NCBI GenBank assembly: GCA_002633005.1
Contig: NMRA01000275.1
Coordinates: forward strand, 11,908-75,907
Source of the DNA: Phoronis australis
Lineage: Eukaryota; Animalia; Phoronida
Direction: 5' to 3'
Length of the DNA: 64,000 nt
Below the pieces are notes generated by a model. That model searched no databases. It was not told the origin of the DNA and worked only from the letters and a program-made list of their open reading frames with translations. A program made the translations under genes and the position numbers. This document shows, piece after piece, positions 52,620 to 64,000 of the stretch; within the stretch, counting starts at the first letter, position 1; every line of letters begins with the position of its first letter.

Positions 52620-53330
52620 TTAAATATACGTAAAAAGATACAATTAAAACAGGTTGAGAATTAAGACAATAAATAAATGACGAAGAATGGTGAAAATTTA
52701 ACTAAGAGAGATGAAATAAATAAAGAGATGATTCTAAACAGAGAGAGTATTTAGGACAATGGAAAGAATGACAAGATTGAGACAGGTAGGGTATAAAAAG
52801 GTTATGTAAATTACAGTCACTTTTTATTATTACGTTTGAAAATATCAATTGAATCAGACCGTTTAATTTCTGGGCTAAGAGAATTCCATATTGTAGCAGC
52901 ACCATAGATAAAAGATCTCTTGCCGGTCTCAGTTTTAATTTTTTTAAAGAAAGATTTCCAGCAACAGAAGAGCGTGTAGAATATACAGCTTGACTACTAT
53001 TGAATTTTCGGTTGAGATATGCTGGAGCCAAGCCATTGATACATCTGTACATACAACAAGCAGAGAGATATTTATTTCTTTGTTTTACTTTCATAAATCC
53101 CAGCTTGGAATACAAGTCATCGACCTTGGTGTCCCTAATTCTAGTATCCAAGATAGCCCTGGCGGATCTATTTTGGATTACTTGGACTTTGCTGACAAGT
53201 GTGTATGCCCCAAACCAGTAAACAATGGTTGCATCTCTTCAAGAAATATCTGATACCTCCATAGCTATTTGGTTGCCTCTCGTCAAGAAATATGCCTTCT
53301 TGAGTAGCCAACAGTATATTTATACTCAAA
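52620..53330 (-). mobile_element. 3' end of an L2/Crack-type LINE
   Basis: YCWLL..., LVWG, IQNRSARAIL, MYRCINGLAPAYL, YSTRSS motifs. Confidence 0.75.
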
Positions 53331-53734
53331 CAGAATAAAGGTGGGCGAGTTAGATCAAAATATAAAACCCACAAACTTACTCCAAATGGTACTCATAGTT
53401 CCAAAACAACTCTTGGAACAATGTCATAGAATTCCAACTATGAACATACGCTTTTGCCAAATATGGTCACAGTCAGACAAACCTTTAAGTAATTTCTGAT
53501 GAATAATAACAAGACTATATTGTTGCCAGAAATGGCTCACCCCAAAGTTGACCGACTCCGGTGAATTTAAAGTTACAGAACTCTACTACTAACATAACAT
53601 AAACACATGGTCAAAGACAAACATGCTGATTCATTTCCTATTCACTCACAGAAGGAAATAAATTTCAGTACACAACTATTACCTTTAATTAATTGCACAA
53701 CAACCGCCACATACTTAATTAATACTACTAATAC

Positions 53735-55180
53735 TACCATACTCATTCGGCTTACAGCCCATCCCGAAATTTTCAATTTTTCATTTTTTAAGCGCCCATG
53801 CTCTACTTACCGCCCACCCCCAATTTTTCATGATCGAGACTTTCTTAAAAGTGTCTGTGCTTCTTTGAAAGTTCGTCGCTGAAAACTAAGATTCCAAAAC
53901 GTGCGCACATCACTTACCTTTTAGTGACAATCAATCAGTTTTAGCGATACCGGGACCTTGCCTTACAATGGCGATAAAATATCCGACGGGCGTATTCTCA
54001 ATGCACTGTATTGAAAGAGACACAATTATTTGTTTTGGCTCACCCGCGGAACTTGTGTTAGCATTTACTGATCACTGAGACAGCGCTTGTCAAATACATT
54101 TCATTGCCAGGGAAGAACCAGCAAAGCAGTACAGGAATTTCAAGTCCGTGGCCTACCTTTCTGTGATTCGCCGTGAGTGCCGTGACAGTACACCAAACAT
54201 CACCACCCTTAGCAATGAAATAAGAAAAAAACACGAGCACACCGACATAATTTTGGATGCATTGTTTTGTATACAAGCAGACAGGAATCATTGTGACCAG
54301 CCAACTTGTCTCACTGTTCCCTGCCTTGAACGCATCTTTTAAATGACTCACTTCCACACCAAAATGGAAGCACCCAACCAAAAGCAACAGCGAAAGAAAC
54401 CAACTTGTCATTAAGCGCTAGTCGAAAACTCTATCCACATCTACGTTGTCAAAAACTTATTTTTTGAACTCTTGAGTTGCCTGATGTCTTTTTACATGAT
54501 CTGTTTTTGCTTCATTATTTTTGCAGCCAACCTAGCATCCCTATTGCCTAATAGAGGTATCGTGGGATTGTTGAGCAGGTGCTTTGAACAAGAGGTTCAA
54601 TTCAGAAAGAAAATACAATGTATATAAAATGTTTCATTTTTCAAACTAGGTTCAAAGCATTTTAATGTTTTTTAAAAAAACTGAGACCTGTCAATCATTA
54701 GCACGAGTTTTGGTTGCCAAAGTGTCTAGGGAACAAATCTACAAAATCAGGTGCTTCCCTTCTACATACGGGGTGCACTAGCGGAGTTTTGCTTGATCTG
54801 CCTTTTCTCTCAAGAAACTTGCCCTACTGAATGCACGCCTACCTGTAGGAATACCTTAGTTCTAAAAGATGATGAGCAGTGACGGAAGTTTGTAAAAAAC
54901 TCAATCACGCTCGGGATCACGGCGCCAATGTGGCGAGTGCGCTATTCCATATCAGAGAGTCAAAGTTCGTTACTCCAATCCGCCGATTTGAGCTGCTATT
55001 CTTGAAGTCTGACGTCAGTGTAGTTCCGTGAGTGTAAAATCGGTCCTACGTGCAGCAAGCACCCGCTACTGACTTTTCAAAAATTTCGATTTTAACCGCC
55101 CATGCTTGGCTTACCGCCCAGCCCGTTTTTTCAGATTCCCAATTTAAGCACCCTGAGCGATAACCCTGATGAATACAGTA
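53735..55180 (+). mobile_element. Non-autonomous TA-flanked DNA transposon, family copy 2
   Basis: Colinear with 10060-11478. Ends TACCATACTCATTCGG / CTGATGAATACAGTA. Confidence 0.8.
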
Positions 55181-58100
55181 ATACTTCTCATGCAATATTA
55201 TTCTCATGTACATAGCTAACCCAAGTTGTACTGTATCTGTATCATACCAATGATATAAATGTTAAATAAATGACATGTTCATCTTACATAAAATCTCCAC
55301 ATAACACAAGTATTCAATGTTTCATCAAATGTCTAAAACATGAATTTAATTGTAATTTTCTTAACTCTTAGCCATGGTTGCTCAAACCTCTCGTTTTCCC
55401 TGGCAAAATAACTTTCAACAACTTATAAATGAAAGCCTTTATTAGTTAATGTCAACGTCCAACAAAAATTCAAAGTGACAAATGAAAGACATATGACATA
55501 ATTTCTTCATATACAATTATCAAATCTTTATTGTTTATCAACAAAAGTTTTTTATAAATGCATTAAATGAATGCAACTTGACGTTTTGTCTATGAAATAA
55601 TTTTGTACCTGTCCAATAGACTAAAAGTTACAACATTGAAATACGTATTAAACAAAACATTTGTTTACTAACCCTTCCTTGGGTGTGCTTCCAAAAGAGT
55701 GCACTCTTGTCTTCCAGAGTTGAGTAGACTTTGACTTCGAATGTGACGGAACTTCCCTTGCAGTTGTCTGTGGCAACCACAGAGCCATTTCTCAACAACA
55801 TTATGTTGGCCTGAGAAGAAAAAAAATGATTTAAAATTATTCATAAAAGGAGACATAAAAAACAAGGGAAGATATGAGTTTTAAGTTCACATGAACTGTA
55901 AAAATTATCTTTTTGCTGAACAACTTAACGTGTCTAAATCTTTCAACCACATGACGCAATTTCTGAAAAATCAGTTACTTTTTGTTTTATTTTAAACTTT
56001 ACAATTATAAACTGCAGTCAGCTTTCGTAACAAATGTTCAAGTTAGAATCTAATAGTCATTGAAGTTGTAAATGTTTATAAATAGCAAAGTCAGCAGGGC
56101 TTCCTCATGCATGAGCACTGACAAGTTGACCTTAAGACAGCACAAATAGACAGCCTCACAGTGCATCTTAAGTTGAGATTCGTCTCCATTTGAATGAATG
56201 TGGATATGGAATTCGCCACCGTAGACAGGTTCCTTTAAGAAGTTGTTTGCAGGTCCTTCCAACTTGGAGTAAGTACAGTTGCGACATTTGATTGGTCAAT
56301 CACAACCTTATTTCCTTCATGGAATTTCGGCATTGTTTGGTTGGTGTGTGTTTGGTTGTAGGTGTTGGTGTTTTGCAGACGATGCAATGTATAGGTGCAT
56401 GGATTCCTACTTCGCACTACTTTGTGATTCGCCCATGTAATATCAAACAATTATTTTTTCGGTGTTATATTAACCAGTCGTGTCATAACACATTCCAGGT
56501 CATGTGAGAAATAGTCTGGCTACAGGGAGGGTGGACGAAGACTGAGTGAAACCGCCAAAGGTGCCCCCAGTCCACTAACAAGACTGAGACAATTTTGTAA
56601 AAAGTTGTTAGTTATTAGTTGCTTATTTTTTATGAAGATATTTTATCTTAGTTTTTATTCACTCATATTTTGTAAGTACTTTTTACCTTAGTTCTTTCCT
56701 ATTGATAAAGTATTAAAGAACAAGAGCTTTTTCTTATTGTTAGTCACAGCTGCAATATTCCTATGTTGGGCCTGTAAAGAAAACATTAATGTCTAATAAT
56801 AGTACTGTACTGGCTCACCACTGCACTTTCATTGGCCTAATAGTGCATCGATACTGGGCCTTTATGGAGCTGAAACCGATTGTGCTGTATTGGCCCAATA
56901 ATGGCCTGGTACTGGCCGTGTATAGCCACTCAGTACCGGCCTAGTACCAAACGGAACTGCAAAATGTTATTGAGCCAGTACTGGCCAACAAAATTGGGCC
57001 AATACAGAAGACAGTTCAGGAGCATTGTTGGCCCATTACCTGCATGTTTACTGGGTGATGGGCCAGTGGGGAACGTAGCAGTCAATATCAGTTTGACAGT
57101 GGCAAACCAATGTTTGCATAGTCCAGCTCTCTTACTGTCTGTGCTTTTGTCCAATAAGTTCATGTAATCCAGCAATTGTGTTGTAAACAGCCTGACTGAC
57201 CCTAACCTTTATTTCAAAGTACCATTTGCAAATGACTTTCAACATATGTCGTGAAGCAGATGCATTTTGTATGAAATTCGTACACAAAAAACTTCGAATG
57301 GAGAAAAAATGATTGACTGTCAATGAAATTAGACCAACTTCCTTCCTTTGAGTGACTGTAAGTTCTAACCAGCTTAACCACAGTATTGTGTATCAACACA
57401 AAAGGCTTGCTTGATAAGTTTAATCCACAGTGATTCCAGATTAGATTGTGATAGTCGAAATTTCTTGATTTTTACACTCCAGGGGAATGGTACCTAATGT
57501 GCCGTACAAACGAGGACTTGAGGTGCTGTTTTGAAAAGATGATTTTTGGTCGTCTTACATGTGATTTCCTGCAATGCATGATAGGTACAGTTAAGGTTCC
57601 TTGAATTCGAAAAAAATAGTTGCCAAAACTATAATTTTGTTTTCAAGAGCTTGCTGCATTGTTGAAAATGTTCAAAATTTCATCATGTGTTAGCTGGTTA
57701 ATAAAACAATATTTCCTTCTCGTTTGTTATTGCCACTAAAGAAAATTTGGCAATGCTGTGATTTTGCATTTGAAATTGAAGAAACATCAAGAAAAATATA
57801 ATTATAACAAATGAAAAAACTAGCATAAAATGTACTGTCACCTTTACAAGTTTTGTGTTTTTCCACTTCTTCACAAAGACGCGTGTTCATGAAGTCACAT
57901 CACTGATATAACAGGAATAAGGGGCTCAAGGATGTATCAAAGTGGTGATAACCCAGATTGTTCTAAAACTAAGACTGAGCGAAGCTCGTGACGTACTATC
58001 GCCCCTGTATGCCTGTGGCATCCAGGGCGATGCAATTGCCTGACAGGGGCAATAGTACATCCCCATAAAAAGTTACACATTTCAAAATACAGCAAATAAG

Positions 58101-58311
58101 ATCTAATGAAACATGCATAAATGCACATGGAGTTATAACTAACACATAACATGACTCTGATTACAATTTAGTCAGCATAACTTGAAGATATCCATGAAAA
58201 TCTGTCGCGGTTCGCTCGAGTTTCTCTCACCGGGTGCCATTTTGAGGAAGTTACGAGATATCACGCCTGTTAACAAACAAAAAGTCCAAGGGACACAAAA
58301 CTCACAAATTC

Positions 58312-59450
58312 CACCTCATGCCGTGAATAATGCGCCTACACGAAAGTCACGCATTTCTAAAGATATGCGTGACTTTTCACTGCTCGTCCTTCTGAGCAGC
58401 TTTTACCAGGATCAAAGGGAGTGCTGCACCAGATTCAGACTGAGTTACGATGACCGCTTTGTCCGGTGTGAGTAAGCTGACCCAATTAAGAGTAATTACC
58501 CTACCATAAACTAGTAAACATCTCTACCTGTACATACTGGCAAATTTTCAAAATGCATTAAGTAACAGTTTTCGTTAAAAACAAATATCACAGCAGTATT
58601 CAGATGGAAAAAACAACCAAGTTTGGTTTTCGATTTTTAAAAATCACTGAACTATTAAGCTAAATACTACGAACATTGGGTATGATTGAAGACAAACGAC
58701 TGTGGGTATTGATATACTTGGTGGATTTACAAATGCTGATCAGTCTCAGTTAACAATATCACATGGATTATTCTTTTAATATACAATTAAGCTTCATTGA
58801 AACATCTATAAACAACTCACAGTGACTAAATTAGATCTCAATAACTTTTAAAACATCGCTTATGGTCCAGGGCATGCCGAACTACTTTACTCGAGGAGTA
58901 CACTAACCGGACAACTGATATTCACGGAAATGCGCCAATTTCGATAGTTAGCTTGTAGTTGTAATGGAACACGTGTGAAGACAAGAAGATGGATAGCTTT
59001 GTAGTCAACGAGAGAGTGCAAACAGTGGATCTGGTTGGTCGGTGGGCAAGAGCTGTGATTTCGGGAAAAGCTAGAATAATTATATAGTTACAGCAACCAA
59101 AATTCGTCCAGAGGTTCTAAATCCTCAGTTTGGCTATCACTATATTTGTGCTTTTGTATATATTTTATGATTTGAGTTCTAATAAAGATTGAACTCGAAC
59201 TAATCACGTGTGTAGTTTTGTTTGCTGTGACATGTGTGGTGTAGCTGTAATATGGAAAAGTCAGGGATAGGTTCATAATTAACTGACTTCTAAGTTGTTT
59301 TAACACTTCCTTCAAAAACAAAATAAAAGGATAGGAAACCTAACAGGTAAGAAAAAAACAAGTAGACAGGAGTATTAAAAATAAAGTAATGAAAACAAGT
59401 ATGACACATATCTAAAACCAACGTTCCATTGGGATCGAAGTGCTCCTTTG
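58312..59450 (+). repeat. Dispersed repeat, third diverged copy of ~1306-2300 / ~36930-37935 (probable Kolobok-like element)
   Basis: Shared AAAGTCACGCATTTCTAAAGAT... through AAAACCAAYGTTCC. Ends GTGCTCCTTT / GTGGCCCTTT. Does not include the flanking exons. Confidence 0.8.
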
Positions 59451-61102
59451 TCAAGATCAACATGCCATAAACATTCCCACTAAACGAGGTGACGTCAAAC
59501 CCCACTGATCAGGGAAAACTGTGGGGTTTGGCAGATTGAACTAGACCATACTTATCCACCTTGGCTGTGTTGCACTCAGCTCATGATCAAAGGGATCCCG
59601 TCTAGCTGCTCTATTCATCGAGTCACCAGCAAGGATAATTGACTTCGCTTATGCCGATACGATCAGCTGATTACAATCTAGCCTAGATGACTGTACTTTA
59701 TCTGGAGAGCATTTTACGTAGTTTTGAGTGTAATATTTGAAAAGAGGAGCGAAAAAATGATGATTCAACTTTGAATTTTTCAAATCAGCCTAGGATAAGA
59801 TTTTGCAACAAAGCAACACTCACGATTACTTCTACTCGCACAAGTACAAAAATATAGGACCCAAGTTAGGACAGCATAAATGTAGACCTACTCGGTGTGT
59901 TATTTAGTTTTTGAAGACATATGCAAAATAAGTTTATGATAGCTATTACAAGCTCTAAAACAACATTGTATTAAACTTCATTGTTTTCATTCATTGTCAT
60001 AACGTCAAATCGAAGATTTCATGTGATTCACTGTGAGTGCACATATGAATACAAAACACGGGATCCGCGGGAAGTATTGTCTATATTTTCCTGACGTACT
60101 TCAAACAAACTTTATTGACAAGAACACGATAAAACGAATTTGGATTTAGACTACAGTCTTCATACAGCTAGCTGGTTGACTAGGTACCACTGCCTGTGTG
60201 TGTCTCCGCTAGATCCCAAAATTTCACACCGCCCGGGTAGTTCTACTCGTCACCTCGTCGTGAAGAACTTGACCAGTGTTAAAAGCACATGGCCAGAAGC
60301 GCGCGCTGTCATCAAACACATTAGTCGGGAACTATCTATTCATGAAACGGTGGCATAGCATCGCCAGATATATTGGCACTCTTATCCGAAAGTTTCTAAT
60401 ACCGTAAAAAACTTTTACGTTATTTTTACGAAGAATTATTTAGTTAATCGCGATTGGTGTTTTTAAAGTCAAAATGACACACTGATAGTGAACACTTTGG
60501 CACCCTAACAACCCGAAAAATATGTGTTAGACTGTCACGTATCCAGTCACCCTTACCGAGACAATTCTCGAACGTTTTTAGCAGATGAGACCAGCAAGTG
60601 CTAAATAAAACACGTTCTGCTATACTGCTCGAGTCAATTTCTTTAGTTGTAATACACACCTAGCTCGTTACATTGCGTTTACTCTGGCTAATGAACTCTA
60701 ATGACACGCACGCACTCGCTCACTCACACCTACTGGTTCCTAGCTCACACACATACACAGACGAACTTCAAAACAAACGTCACGTGACAGCATGTATATG
60801 TTCGTCCAGATTTTTCTCGTGTTGCGGGTTACGATGTAATGCACATTTGGATTTAATCTGCATTTTATCCCAACTCTACAGGAGCTTAAAAATCAAAGGG
60901 ACGTTACTTGGAAAACTTAAGGTGGATTTCAGGAAATTTGTTGAGTCGAAATTGTATTTTTATTCAAGAACTCAAATTTGCCCTATCAACGATCGCGAGG
61001 CAGCGACGCATCAGTTGGCAAGTTTGCGCCCTGGGATTTCAGCACATTTTTTTAAAAATGATCGTAATTTCGCAAGGAAGTTTGATAGCAATGCACCACA
61101 AA

Positions 61103-62700
61103 ATTTATGATCGACATATGTCCCGAAAAATAGATAAATGATACGTGCGTCGCAAGCTCGTTACCAGAGATGAAAGGAGATTGATGTAGGAGATATAAGG
61201 TCATTTATTATGACTAGTACAATTACAATAAAATGAATACAGGTAAATAAGTATAACAGGTAATCTCTGGTAAGATGGGCAATAAAAAGCGCCGGCCGCG
61301 TGGAAGTACGAGAGAATGACGAAAACTGGGAGGAAGAGGGTGGGAAAATTGAATGAGTTTTTGACGTACGACAATGTGGCCGGAACAAAGTGAATTGAAA
61401 GCGAGGTTACAATAACAAAGTAAAACGCCCCTAAAGACACGTGACAATCATCAGCCTATAAGAGCCAAGAGCTGACCAAACTCGAGGCACGTGATAACAA
61501 CAGACCAATGCGAAGGCTGGAAAAACGTCGTGTAGTCCTGCACGAGGGAATAATGGAATAGACCAAGATGAGGGGGAAAAGGAGTAAGGCGAGTCCATAT
61601 GCTCACATAAATATATTTAACGAGTGAAATACCATTTATGATCGACATATGTCCCGAAAAATAGATAAATGATACGTGCGTCGCAAGCTCGTTACCAGAG
61701 ATGAAAGGAGATTGATGTAGGAGATATAAGGTCATTTATTATGACTAGTACAATTACAATAAAATGAATACAGGTAAATAAGTATAACAGGTAATCTCTG
61801 GTAAGATGGGCAATAAAAAGCGCCACAGAGATGTTGTAAGACAGCTCATGCCCATCCGCAGGGACGCACGAAGGGAGAGAAATGGAAAGAAAAGGGGTGC
61901 AGGACTACTTACAAAGGCTGTCAGCCGGATACCCAACCCTAACTCCGGGTGCCAACCGGAGGGGGAGGTACGATTTCCAGGGCTGGAACAGGTGCCGGTG
62001 TTGTCTCACCCCGTGTCATGGCGGAAAGAAAATAGATAAATGAGGAAAAACAAGGGAGAAAAACGAACATACAAGAATACACGGACTGGTAAGCTAGAGG
62101 ACGAAACGAGAGTACGAAAACTAAAAGGAAATGAGAGAAAAATATAAAAAATGAAGCTAAGGACAAATCAAAAATAGCTAACAGAGAATAACAAAATAGT
62201 TAATATAGAGAACTAAGGGTAACAATAATCGGATATAAAGGTAGAGTAACAAGTTAAGAATAAATGAAACACAAAATATAGGCAAAGGCCGAACAAAATG
62301 GCTAACAGGGTAGAAGAAAATATAAAATACAAAATAATCTACAAATGAGACGTACGAGATACGGAACGAAGGGGACGGAGGGGATGGGGAAGGGGCAGGC
62401 AAAGGGATGCTAGCGAGGGAGGTGCAGGCAATACTGACACCAATGGGAGGTAACGGGTGGATGGCCTGAGGAACGGAGGGACAAGAGGAAGGGGGAAATT
62501 AGGGACGAGGTGGGGGGAAAACTGACATGCGGATGTAACCCTTGACAGGGTCGGACTTCCAGGGCCCATGCGTTGGACGACGGGCTCCGGGAGGCCGCGA
62601 GCGGCGGCTGAGGTGGCGGCTCCGAAGCGGAAAATTTAGAGAGACTGTGATAGGTTACGGATACGTCATAGAGTTTAAATTTGATGAGTCCTAGCTTCCG
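61103..62700 (-). mobile_element. Candidate Ngaro-like (tyrosine-recombinase retrotransposon) 3' end with split direct repeats
   Basis: Identical 191-bp direct repeats at 61103-61293 and 61634-61824, separated by 340 bp. The adjacent sequence is strongly pyrimidine-skewed on the - strand. No RT/YR ORF seen. Confidence 0.5.
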
Positions 62701-64000
62701 ATTTCACCCGTTCTGGAGACCGGTCTTCAACCGCCTTAGGCTACAAGCGCCCCCTCCCCTATAACGATTTTTTCTAAGCGCCCAGGGCGCTTATTAGTGC
62801 AAACACGGGCACCAAGACTAGGTGATGCTGCGATATATTTTAGTTGCTCGTACGAATTGTTGCCAATTTTTGCTTGTTTCCATAACCTATGAGAATGGCG
62901 GAAATGAAAACGCTGTAATTTGAATTTTAATGTTTGCATAATCCAGAAAATCAGAGGTTGGTTTTTAACACACTTTTGCCGAAAAACTAGCACAATATGC
63001 CCACTCTTTCAAAATTGCCCTGGAGGTATGAACTTTTCCATGCAGCAGTATTTAACTAGTCTTGGCTAATTATCATTTTATGGCCTGGACATCCATTCAG
63101 CCAAAAGTAGTTCTACAGGTGGCTTATCAGCCAATTACTCACGCATGTTGACTCACAATAGAAGTCTGATAAGAATGAAGGTTAATAAATGCAGTGTTCC
63201 AGATAGTTTTTTGTGGTAGTGGACAGTTCAAGGTCACTCGGACGGTACGACAATTGCCGATTCATGTCACGGAATCGATAACTCCAAACCATTTCGTAAC
63301 CTTCCATTGTGAACCGGCAATTGCTGTCCATCCGTAACTCATCGGATAATTCCGTACCCTCCTTGACTTCAAATTGTCCAAGGAGGCTCGATGCGTTGGC
63401 TTTTTGGGAACACTTTTGTGCTTTGCCGGACGGCGAATTTGTTGCGATCTCGCTAGAGCAGGACACCGTGAATGGTATTAGAAGAAAGAACAATTGCTAA
63501 TGGTTTGTTGAAACCTAATGTTTTGTGTAAATTTATTGAGTTAAATTTTGTGTTTGATATGGACGGCTGAAGTGAAGCACCCGTGGAATTTCTGATCGGG
63601 AGTGTCATACCTGGTAGTATATAGTCCGGTTACCTATTTTCGTCAGGCTCCAAAGTTCGTCCGCCATCTTGTTTCGCGTGCAGCGCAACCACGCGGGACT
63701 TAGCGTTCCAATTTGGAGGGCTCGTCTCTGCACGTTAGGTACTAACTTATCGGAAGAGACACGTATCAAAGTAATGAGACAAAAATCGGTGAGTTTACCG
63801 ATTGTTTTCTAAAACCACTTAAAAATCAGTAGATTTTACTAATACACTTTTTTGTGCGTTTTCAGAAGATGTTTTCGAATTTAAATTTTCTTCCGACGGG
63901 ACACAAAACATGATCCAGGGTTTGTTTATGCAATGTATCTGTTTGTCCCAGGCACTAGTAGGATCTAGAAGGCCAAAGGAAAAATCCGCAGACAAATGCG

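Larger units (their letters stand above)
46732..55810 (-). pseudogene. MBT-domain-containing gene remnant; exons 55810-55673, 53482-53381, 52356-52233, 51121-51033, 48024-~47844, 47502-47398, 46843-46732
   Basis: Canonical splice sites with chained phases (1-1, 1-1, 1-2, 2-1, 1-?, 0-0, 0-1). MBT motifs VEKGMRLEARDKKTPSAICVATV, I*IYFNGWTDTY.WTTFKDVDIHTIG*M...LQPP and FTWKSYLKEVNAEPIPYSFF. Stops in three exons and two frameshifts in the MBT core exon. Confidence 0.8.

Noticed and set aside
36271-53482. Stop-codon reassignment as an explanation for the in-frame stops
   Set aside because: All three stop types occur together with frameshifts, so neutral decay is simpler.
56050-56262. LEGPANNFLKEPVYGGEFHIHI as a ubiquitin-conjugating (E2) domain exon
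   Set aside because: Only a short resemblance, with no FP..YP or HPN motif and no clear splice sites.
63182-63493. 103-aa - strand ORF
   Set aside because: No recognisable motif or splice support; probably TE-internal.

Overview
AT-rich, repeat-dense eukaryotic genomic DNA (most consistent with a marine invertebrate animal; taxon not provable from this window), with one assembly gap (16295-17112) and no intact long ORF. Read by splice sites on the - strand, there is a chain of short exons with mostly compatible intron phases from ~55.8 kb down to ~13.9 kb. It encodes an MBT (malignant brain tumour) methyl-lysine-reader domain, an unrecognised middle part, one or two transmembrane segments and a Cys-rich tail. 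It carries many in-frame stops and frameshifts, so it looks like an unprocessed pseudogene. Three of its exons recur in a segmental duplicate at the window start (1-~3845 vs ~35650-43860). The introns are packed with transposons. These include a complete 544-bp TRIM whose 151-bp LTRs contain a tRNA-like Pol III promoter (4-bp TSD, tRNA-Ser PBS, PPT), Penelope-like elements with hammerhead ribozyme cores, Ngaro/DIRS-like remnants (SGNH hydrolase, split direct repeats), LINE fragments, Helentron-type tandem-repeat elements, and many nested non-autonomous DNA transposons. All protein-family and TE-superfamily calls are by eye, without database searches.
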